A DNA stretch of 62,794 nt, filler included, from Folioceros fuciformis (taxonomy: Eukaryota), in assembly GCA_049999805.1 (NCBI GenBank). It is 6 parts of 6 records of this genome, joined end to end, with 100 filler letters (N's around TTAATTAATTAA, not from the genome) between each part and the next. Parts side by side here need not be neighbours in the genome. Positions count along the whole stretch, not along the records: positions 42,706 to 54,170 come from JBNGIO010001766.1; positions 54,271 to 57,192 come from JBNGIO010001767.1; positions 57,293 to 62,794 come from JBNGIO010001768.1; 3 more parts are not named here. The stretch is one strand, 5' to 3'. Positions 53,627 to 62,794 of this stretch are shown in pieces; position 1 is the stretch's first letter, and every line of letters starts with the position of its first letter. A program made the translations under genes and the position numbers. The notes beneath the pieces are model-generated. The model saw only the letters and a list, made by a program, of their open reading frames with translations, made no database searches and was not told where the DNA came from.

Positions 53627-54170
53627 GCATCACATTCATTCATACAAGTTACACAATTTGTCATGAAATTCTCTCGCATCGACTCGTGCCTCGTTACAAC
53701 GCAAGTGCTTTCTAAACGGATACTGTTGTCCCAACTCCGGACGGGAGAAGCGGGCGAGAACCATTTCACACGTACGTACGGGACATTAATTTCTCGAAAG
53801 ACAAAATATTGTTTATGTTCACTTCAAATAAAAACGAGCACACATACTAAAGCTCAGCCGGAAAGTACCCAGCGATCTCTGAGCGTGTAATACGGGAACC
53901 CTGCCCGCGCTGGCTACCCATCACCGTTTTCCCCTGCGCCCCTCACTCAGAAGAACTCCTCATACCTAAAGCAGAAATAGTCCAGAATACTGCTGCAATA
54001 CGGTAAAACCAAAGGAACTACAACAAATGCAATGCATCAGTGCGGCTGGCACAAGACCAACCACTGCAACTAGAATCTTTCGATTGTACCGACCAGGCAG
54101 GCACCTACAATTCCTGCTTGCCTTACAGCTTGTCCTCGAACTCAGACAAGGGGGTCACGGTTTCTTTCAA

Positions 54171-54270
54171 NNNNNNNNNNNNNNNNNNNNNNNNNNNNNN
54201 NNNNNNNNNNNNNNTTAATTAATTAANNNNNNNNNNNNNNNNNNNNNNNNNNNNNNNNNNNNNNNNNNNN
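54171..54270. other. Artificial scaffold join
   Basis: 44 N + TTAATTAATTAA + 44 N. Confidence 0.97.
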
Positions 54271-54696
54271 GGTACATATATAGACACCTGAGTGCCCCGC
54301 ACTACCAAGGGCCAAGGACACCCTCGCCCACACTTCTCCTTGGTCCTATCACTCAATCCTATCAAATCACCAAGGGCCAAGGAGCCTTTTGGGTATAAAT
54401 ACTCGAGTATTATTTCCATACTAAGCCGCTTCACTCGCATCTTCACAAAAAAAAACACTACTTGTTCATTCTGTTCTTCAAAATGGGAGTCCCGAAAGTT
54501 TTTTTCCTCTACAATAGCACAAAAAATGCTCGCTTCGGTTGTATATAAACGGTGTCACTTAAGTGTGTCCCACAGACTAGTTTCGGGATACAGCCTTCTT
54601 CATGATTATCATCTTCCCCTCTATCTTCCTGACTTGGCCGAGAGTGCGTCTCAACCCAATCTCGGGGCCAGTCCACAACATGTGCCGTTTGTCCTC

Positions 54697-55497
54697 CTAT
54701 GGGGGACCTACATTACGCACCATTATGTACTTTCTATGCCGAGAGGAGGTGAGATTCCCCATTTCAGCCTTTAGTTCCTTTCGCATATTTAGCTCACCCT
54801 GTCCTCCCTTTGTTGGCTGGTAGTATCCTCTGTAAAGGATGGCTCCAAGTCCACAACCAGGATCGAAAACTGCAAAGCCACAACAAAACAAGTGAACATT
54901 AGTCTTGACGCCGGTGTCCCCACTTCAACAATGTAGTGTCTTCAATGTCTTGTCAGCCCTCGTAGCCTCAAGGACATATGCAGCCATTGCACCCAGGTCC
55001 TTTGCCCTCTCCAAAATTCCTAGGCCCCACCTAGGGTGGCATGCCACCCGCCAATTCCTTGGCTGTATGGTAGAGCCCAATGCTCGAAGCGAAACTAGCC
55101 CATAATCCTCCGTGTGAATTCCCACTGCAATGAATTCACACTCCATAAATGACAAAGCTACGCCTTCCAATAGCTGAACATTCCACCTTCCCAGCCGTCT
55201 TGCGCAATCTTCAGAAAATTCAGCTGTGCCAAATTCATAGGCAGAAGCAATGACGTAGCCGCTGAATGTGAGAGGAGTAGCTTGATCCCAGCTCGACGCC
55301 GGCTTCTCTTCATTTCGTCTCATATCCATTTCTTTCTTTGTCTGAATGAGGCAGAACACACAACCGTGCTCCAAAGCTTTGCTCTCTAACAAAGTATCCA
55401 CGATCGGCTCTACTTTAGATCCCCCTAAAGCCGGGCCACCAAAATACTCGTTGTAATTTGGATAGGAGTCGTATTCAGGTGATGAAGGACGCTCCAT
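54697..55497 (-). other. Orphan ORF (190 aa, continuing in frame past one TGA at 54925-54927), likely TE-borne or pseudogenic
   Basis: ATG 55497; protein-like composition; the frame resumes after the stop (SGDTGVKTNVHLFCCGFAVFDPG...). No family recognised. Confidence 0.35.
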
Positions 55498-56828
55498 TAC
55501 CTACAACCTTCTTGAAGGTTCGCAGCAAAGGGTCTCCAAGCTATCTCTTATACAAACATTTGGAGTGTAACTCATTGCGCCCCCTAGCCCATTCGCGCCC
55601 TATGACTCAGGCGTTCACTCCTACGCTGCTTACATACGCTTGGGTCATCCAAGCCTTTGGTATGACCATGACTTTCCCTGTCCCCAACTCTAGGATCCCT
55701 CTATACGCACTCCTCCGTGGATTGGCATGGACGCCCCTAGGCGGAATGCGCAAATTCCCAAAATATGGTGCCTGTGTCCCAATTGTGAAGGAGTCGCACG
55801 TCCACTGCAGGCAGACATATCTCTTCGTCATGTGGAGCAATGGGACAAATTGATTTTGGATATGGTAACCCTTCATCCACTCATGTCTTCGCTTCTCCAT
55901 TGTCGTTGACTAAAAGATGACGTTTCCATGCTTCCCCTCTTAGAATGCGCTCTAGGCAGCGACCATTGAGGTACCCAAAGCCAGAGACCCACCATCAGCG
56001 GTTATTGTAGACGCACCAAGACCCAGAACCTCCCCACCTCCTACCCCGCCCGCACTCAACACTCAGCTAGCCAGGGGGGAGTACATGTACCCACCCCTAC
56101 ACCGCCCCTTTCTTTTGCGCAGTTGCATCACTTTGGGATTGGTTCTGTTGAAAGGGATAACCCTACACTGGTCAACTAACCGGCTAGGTTAGGGTTCTGT
56201 GGATAGTACTTCGAAACTATATTTAAAGATCCTTTTTTGTTCTTTATCAACACTTAATCATTTGGATAGTTTGTATGCTAATGCCTCTCGCCCTCCGGCT
56301 CTCGCTCCCCGCTGTCTACAAACTTAATAGGTTCTGCCTGGGAACGGTCATTGCAAGAAGAAGCTTCCACGCCGCTCTTCAACATCGAGGAATCCATCGT
56401 ATCCCATGAGACTGCACTGTGCTCTGCACTCGCTCTCCCGACAATTCAGGAACGGTATGCAATCGATGATTGCGGCATGTTGAAACTGTTCCGGCTGCTG
56501 TCCATAGTATTGTTCCCAAAGCCGAATACACTACTAGTGTCGGAGAAATCAGCGCTGAAGTTGTTGTTGAAGATTGGCCATACTTGTTTCTTTTTTCTAT
56601 TTTTATTTTTAGGCGGCTATATATGTGAATGGGGTGTTCACCCATGGTAAGGAGAAGCATCTGACCGAGGGACATGAGTGTGATGGGTTTGTCGGGAGAC
56701 AGAAGTGATGAGGATCCGTTCGAGGGATAGAAGTGGGATGGATCTATCAGGGAGACAAAGGTGGTCTGATACTGAACCATCAGGTTTGGCAAGAGGTTCG
56801 GCAAAAGGGGACTTGCTAAACTAGGCTG

Positions 56829-56983
56829 CATGTAAGCACTCCAAGTCACTAGATTACATGCAACCACTCCAAGTCACCAAATTGCATGTAGGCACTCTAA
56901 GTTCCCAAGTGGCATGTAAGTACTCCAAGGCACCAGCATGCAAGTACTCTAAGTTCCTATGCAACATGCAACCACTCTAAGTC
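56829..56983. repeat. Degenerate minisatellite, about 28-bp period, 6 copies
   Basis: Core CATG(T/C)A..(C/T)ACTC(C/T)AAG repeated six times. Confidence 0.8.
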
Positions 56984-57059
56984 CGTAGGTGTTTCAGAAC
57001 TTAGGGAAAGCAACCATTTGTGAGCAAACGGGCCGGCAGCAGAAGATTGTGAGTTGGAG

Positions 57060-57192
57060 GAGGCAGTGAGGCTGCCACAGTGGAGAGGCAGTGACGCTGC
57101 CACAGTGGAGAGGCAGTGAGGCTGCCACAGTGGAGAGGCAGTGAGGCTGCCACAGTGGAGAGGCAGTGACGCTGCCACAGTGGAGAGGCAGT
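57060..57192. repeat. 25-bp tandem repeat, at least 5 copies, running into the gap
   Basis: GAGGCAGTGA(G/C)GCTGCCACAGTGGA; internal GGCAG/CTGCC inverted repeat. Confidence 0.92.
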
Positions 57193-57292
57193 NNNNNNNN
57201 NNNNNNNNNNNNNNNNNNNNNNNNNNNNNNNNNNNNTTAATTAATTAANNNNNNNNNNNNNNNNNNNNNNNNNNNNNNNNNNNNNNNNNNNN
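57193..57292. other. Artificial scaffold join
   Basis: 44 N + TTAATTAATTAA + 44 N. Confidence 0.97.
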
Positions 57293-58115
57293 CTTCTTTA
57301 GATTAGGGTTCTAAGTTTCTTTTAGCTTTAAGTTTATAGTTATATATATATATATATAACTTAACTACACTAACCCTGCACCTGAGTGGGAGTGACAGGT
57401 CATATTTTAATTGCCTTTTTATTAGTTCAGGTTAGGGTTAGAGGGTTAGGTGACGGTTACAACTAATAAACGTCAACTAGTCAAATTCACAAGATATGTC
57501 CTGTAACATCTATTCTAATCTGATCACTTCTCTATGCTCACGTGAACATGTCAAGATCCACACAGAGGAAGGTACAGTGGAAGCTCGTGGATCCAAAAGA
57601 AGACGAATCCCAATAATGGAGGGGGGCCCAGTGGCTCAGCCTTCAGACTTTGTCTCCCTTCAGAAGCCATCCTAGCCATACCTTTTTGAAAAAGGAGGTC
57701 AACGAATCTTCTATGGTGGCACCGACAGTCCCAATCTTCATCGGTGCGCACTGCCTTAGCAACTATTGGTAGGTCTTAGCCTCTTGGTAGGTGTGCGTAA
57801 TTAAAGCTGACTGCGGCTAGTGGTAGGTAGGAAGCCGTCTGCCATCCTAAATAAGTAGAATGAAGAACTTGAGCCAGAGGCCCCGTTCTTTGATTATAAG
57901 TGTTTCGTGACGAATAGAGAACCAATTTTCGTAAGCTTGTGTGGACATCCTAGCAGGAGGAGGAGCTGCGAGTGCCCTTCCTGTTGCCGATCTCAAAGGT
58001 TCTTGTGATGTCTGGTTGGGAGTCTTGAACGTAGGGAAACATGGAGTTGGATCGTGTAAAAGGTGTTGTGAGGAGACTTGTGGGGAAAGGTGTTGGGTGT
58101 AGGTAGTTGGAAGTT

Positions 58116-58513
58116 GGTAGGGGGAGGTACTGGGCCCTTTCAAGTGAAGGAATGGTGCCTTCCTACTAACTGGACGTGTTGAAGGTCGTAGGTGAACGAT
58201 AAACAGAGTTGGAGGGAGCGGAGTAGGCTTGGAGGAAAACTTGTTGGTTGCTGGGTGTAGGGAGACGAGTAGCTAGATTGTGGGTAGAGAAAGGTGTTGT
58301 AGGGAGCCTTGTGAGGAAAAGGTATTGAGTGTAGGGAGGTAGAAATCGGTAGGGGAGGTACTGGGGCCCTTCCAAGTAAAGGAATGGTGCCTACCTACTG
58401 ACAGGACGTGTTGCAAGATTGGTAGGAACGTGATTGGAAGGTAGAAATTGGTAGGGGAGGTACTGGGGCCCTTCCAAGTGAAGAAATGGTGCCTACCTAT
58501 TGATGGGACGTGT
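58116..58513. repeat. Three dispersed copies of an approximately 62-bp unit in a purine-rich TE-like region
   Basis: GGTAGGGGAGGTACTGGG(G)CCCTT.CAAGT.AAG.AATGGTGCCT.CCTA.T.A..GGACGTGT at about 58116, 58348 and 58450. Confidence 0.85.
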
Positions 58514-59297
58514 GACCAGATTGGTAGGTATGTGGTTGGAAGAGTTGACTAGTGTAGGGGAGTGGAAGTGGAAGTGGATAACCCTTCCCTTAGCCTTCGG
58601 TGACCCACCATTCTTCAAACTCCAGAGGGAAGAGAAGGCCTAGAAAGGGCACGTTGGTGAGAGAAGTCGAGAGCCATGAGTGGATTAAGAGTTGAGAGTG
58701 TTTCGAGGATTGTGTGTTGGTGAATCAAGCGGGTGGGCCTAAGTGGCCACCACTGTGAGAGTCGCGAGTGGATGCAGAATGCGGGTGTGGTGATGACAAG
58801 AGGAAGAAGCTGAGGAACTGAACGATTGGGGTGATTGTGTGTGAGTTGGCAGTGAGCCAAGAGGAAGTTGAGGAACCGTAAAATCAGAGCGGTGGGGGTG
58901 AGTGCCGCGGGCACATAGTCACGACTGACGAGCGAATAAATAGAGGAGGAGTGTGACAGGAACTAGATGTGCCTATGTTCTGTGACAGGATGTTGTGAGG
59001 TGAAGAGAAGTTTATAGGTGTGTATGTGACTGAAGCACAAGGACGCGCGAGTGGACGTGAGGAGTCTGGCCTGGGGTCGTGAGTAGAATGCGGCAAGGAG
59101 GAGAGCTAGGTAGGTATGTGTAGGTTTGTGTCTGTGTGTACGTGTGTGTACAGAGCGCCTTCAATCCCTGAGAGGGGCAGCGAGTAGGCGTGAGTGGGTG
59201 GAAGGGTGTGTGCCGTGAGGAAAGGGTGATTGCCAGTAAGGGAGAGGGATCCGCGATGGGTCTCAACCATCAGGAGGTATAAGCTAGAAAAGTAAGC

Positions 59298-59588
59298 CGT
59301 AGGGTAAGTGAAAGGGTCGATAAAGGAGCATGGTGAAGGAGAGGAGAGAAGAAGAGAGGAGGAGAGGAGAAAGAGAGGTCTCACAGTGTCTCTCACAGCT
59401 CTATTACAAAGGGAGCTCAAGAGGGTATTTATAACCTCTAGAAAAGCTCCCAAGGAAGCTTCACAAGAAGCTCACAGGAAGCTTCCTAAAGATTAGCTTA
59501 AGCTAATCTAAACTAATGATACTTAATTAGATACTAATCTTAGACTAATTACATTAGTCTAAGCACATTGGGCTTTAATAACCCTACA
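59298..59588 (-). repeat. 3' LTR of the copia element (about 291 bp)
   Basis: On the minus strand it starts TGTAGGGT directly after the purine tract AAGAGGGTGG and ends ACCCTACG (terminal CA mutated); TATAAAT near 59425. Confidence 0.8.
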
Positions 59589-62500
59589 ACCACCCTCTTA
59601 AAGGCCAATTTACCTTCATACGGGAGTGGTCTACCTCATGCCCAGGAGTGTCCGAGCTTGTGCGAATTGCTTCGAAGAGAGCCCCTTGGTAAGAACATCT
59701 GCAGGGTTCTGCCTGGTGTGAACTTTGACAAGCTGTACCCTCTTGTCTTCGAACACCTCTCGAATGAAGTGATACTTCACTTCCACATGTTTGGTCTTCG
59801 CATGAAACACTGGATTCTTTGCCAATTGAATAGCACTTTGGCTATCACAATGCAACACTGGCAGCTCAACCTTGATCCCTAAATTGCCCACTATACGAGC
59901 AAGCCACATGGCTTCCTTGCATGCCTCAGTTGCTGTAACATACTCGGCCTCTGTAGTAGATAGCATTATGCATGATTGCAAACGAGATCGCCATGAAACT
60001 GCCCCTCCTGTGCACATGAAGAGGTAACCTAATGTCGACCTCCTTTTGTCCATATCCCTTACATAATCAGCATCTGTATATCCCACGACAGATGCATCTT
60101 CACTACCAAAACATAAGCACAAAGCTTTCATACCATTCAAGTACCTCATAACTCCTTTCACTGCCTCCCAATGCTTCCTGCCAGGGTTTGACATAAACCT
60201 GCTAACCACTCCCACTGCAAAGGCAATGTTAGGCCGTGTAGCAATCATTGCATACATCAAACTCCCTACAGCTAATGAGTATGGAACCTTCTCCATTTCA
60301 GCTTTGTCCTTCGCAGAGCTTGGGCAATCCTTGCTCGACAGTTTCACATATGGAGGCAACAGAGTACTTAATACCTTCCCCTTCTCCATATTGAAATGTT
60401 GAAGCACCTTGTTAATGTATTCAGTCTGAGACAAATACAACAAATGCTTGTGTCTGTCTCGACGAATATGCATGCCAAGAATATGGCTTGCCTCTCCCAA
60501 GTCTGGCTTTTCTTTAACCTGCACACTAGATTCTCTTTGCCCTTCTCAATGAAACCCTCTGGTTTCTTGATGTATACCTCTTCCTGGAGATCACCATGCA
60601 AAAATGTCAACTTTCACATCCATCTGGACAAGTTCCATGTCGAGCCTCGCAACCAGACCAAGAGCACATCGCAAGGTGGTCATTTTGACAACCGGTGAGA
60701 AAATCTCATCTAAGTCAATACCTTGCTATTGCTTAAAACCCTTCGCAACCAATCGTGCTTTGTACTTAGGTTTGCCATAATGGCGTATGTCCTTCATCTT
60801 ATACACCCATTTGCATGGCAACGCCTTCTTGCCCTTAGGCAACCGAACCAACTCCCAAGTTTGGTTCTTCTGGAGCGAATCCATCTGCGACTGCATCGCT
60901 TTCTCCCACTTGTCCTTGTCAGTCATTGACATAGCCTCTTGGTAACAAGAGGGCTCCCCACAATCCGTTAGCATGACATAATCAAGAGATGCAACATACC
61001 TGTCAGGAGGACGTGAGATCCTTCCTGACCTACGAAGCAATGGCGCCTCGACCGGAGCTGGTCGCACTCTCTCCTCTTGTACAGGTGGAGGAACTTGTTC
61101 CTGCACATCACGACGTTTAACCTGCGCAGGACAGTCAAGTCCATCTTCTTGGAAGACCACCCGTCGCACCTCCATAGTTGGAGTAGGCTTCTTGTGCATC
61201 TTGGTCTCATTGAAGAACACGTCATTGCTGCGAACCATCTTCTTAGCTTCTGGATCCCACAGACGGTATCCCATCTCACCAGATTCACCATAGCCAAGAA
61301 AAATACATTTCTTGGACTTGGGTGCCAACTTGTCCCGAAACTCCTTAGGAACATGGTAGTATGCCTCGCAGCCAAACACCCGTAGATGCTTGTATGACAG
61401 CTTCTTTCCATACCACCTCTCCTCAGGAACCTGCTCATCCACAGCTCTATTAGGAGATCTGTTAATAAGATGCACCGCAGTAGCCAGTGCTTCTGCCCAG
61501 ATTTCGTTAGGCAATCTAGAGTTTGACAATAAACTCCGCATCCTCTCCTGGATGGTCCTGTTCATCCGTTCAGCCACACCATTCTGGGGAGGAGTATACG
61601 GCGCAGTCAATTCTCTCTTGATTCCCTTCGAATCGCAGAATGACTTGAAAGCCTTCGAGACATACTCTCCCCCATTGTCTGTCCTTAGACACTTCAATCA
61701 GAGGCCAGATTGATTCTCCACAAGGGTGACGAATTTCTGAAACACTGTCAGAACATCATCCTTTTTCCACAAAGGATAAACCCATACCTTGCATGAGAAA
61801 TCATCTATGAAAGTGACAAAATAGGATGCACCGCCTAATGATATAGCAGGCATAGGTCCACAAATGTCACTGTGAACCAACTCAAGAGGTTTACTTTTTT
61901 GTTTACCTCTTGCTCCATGTGGTGACTTCGTTTGTTTCCCATGTAAACAGTGCTCACACACGGAGAAATCAGAGAAATCAAAAGCAAGGACGTAACCAAA
62001 ACGAGATAGTATCTTCATTCCTTTTTGAGACATATGTCCTAACCGATTATGCCACAAGGAAACACTTGGCTGTTCCGTTACACAAATCACATGATCCTTG
62101 ACAGTGGTTACCTGAAGTGAGTACAAAGTGCCACACTTTGTTCCACAAGCTAACACAAGAGAACCTTTGGAGATCTTCCAAGAATGATCTCCAAACCAAC
62201 AGTGGTAGCCCGCATCATCCAACTGCCTTGCACTAATCATGCTCTTTGTCAACTTCGGAACATGCCTAACATTCTTCAGTACAAATGAAGATCCATTGTC
62301 GAACTTTAGCTACACATCACCAACGCCTGCAATCTCGCATGCGTAGTTATTTCCAAGCCGAACAGATCCTTTCCTAGTAGCATCATAGGTGCTAAACCAC
62401 TCCCTATGCGGAGTAACATGGAAAGATGCTCCAGAGTCAATTATCCAATTAGAGAATAAGTGACTGTCTATGGCTGTCAGTTGTGCAGTATCGAAGGAAG

Positions 62501-62794
62501 ACGAGATAAGAACATCTCCATCGTCAACAGAATTCACCTCGTTAGGCTTGGTACTTGGACTTGCCTTAGTGTTGGTTTGCTTCTTCTCCTTTCCTTTGTC
62601 TTTCTTGAACTTCTCGCAGTCCTTCCTGATGTGACCCTTCTTGTGACAATGGTAACACTCAACATTGTTACGACTACGAGATTTACTACGGAAAGAACTT
62701 TGCTCCTTGTACTTCCCCTTTGAAGTGGACCTTCCTCTCACCATGAGGGCATTGGAACCTTTCGAAGGTTCCATATTCTTCCTGTTCACCTCCT
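59298..62794 (-). mobile_element. Defective Ty1/copia LTR retrotransposon; 5' part outside the window
   Basis: Gag knuckle CYHCHKKGHIRKDC, protease WIIDSGAS, WHNRLGH..CEHC, integrase LVHSDICGP/RTDNGGEY/QNGVAER, RT YKARLVAKGF, RNase H GYTDAD..STTEAEY..CDSQSA. Stops at about 62310, 61698 and 60726, frameshifts, and a deletion near 60520. Confidence 0.96.

Noticed and set aside
56829..57192. CRISPR-like look of the 25-28-bp repeats
   Set aside because: Head-to-tail units without unique spacers, no cas genes, eukaryotic context.

Overview
Gene-dense nuclear DNA of a compact-genome land plant (GT-AG introns of about 70-200 nt, roughly 50% GC by eye, PLS-type PPR remnant). A bryophyte such as a hornwort is my inference and cannot be proven from the sequence. 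Five artificial 100-nt joins (44 N + TTAATTAATTAA + 44 N) interrupt the window. Genes in order: a possible minus-strand gene running off the left edge, pyrimidine 5'-nucleotidase (NT5C3-type), MIPS, an orphan ORF, ARP3, tRNA-Glu(TTC), an Ala/Lys/Glu-rich coiled-coil protein, an A1 aspartic protease, ORANGE, a frameshifted mTERF, intronless BRR2, a P-class PPR, a group-3 LEA, a metallo-beta-lactamase-fold protein, an orphan small secreted protein with an inverted pseudo-copy, importin alpha and an NPF transporter. The right third is largely decayed mobile DNA: a CRE-like restriction-endonuclease non-LTR retrotransposon, a PLS-PPR pseudogene, minisatellites, orphan ORFs and a dead Ty1/copia with its 3' LTR. 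Best leads: the 93-aa Cys-free secreted-protein gene whose pseudo-copy is boxed by 63-bp inverted repeats, a perfect 22-bp hairpin, the CRE-like element, a sharp GC drop inside importin alpha, and an altered proton-coupling motif in the NPF. Nothing here proves a new multi-gene system.
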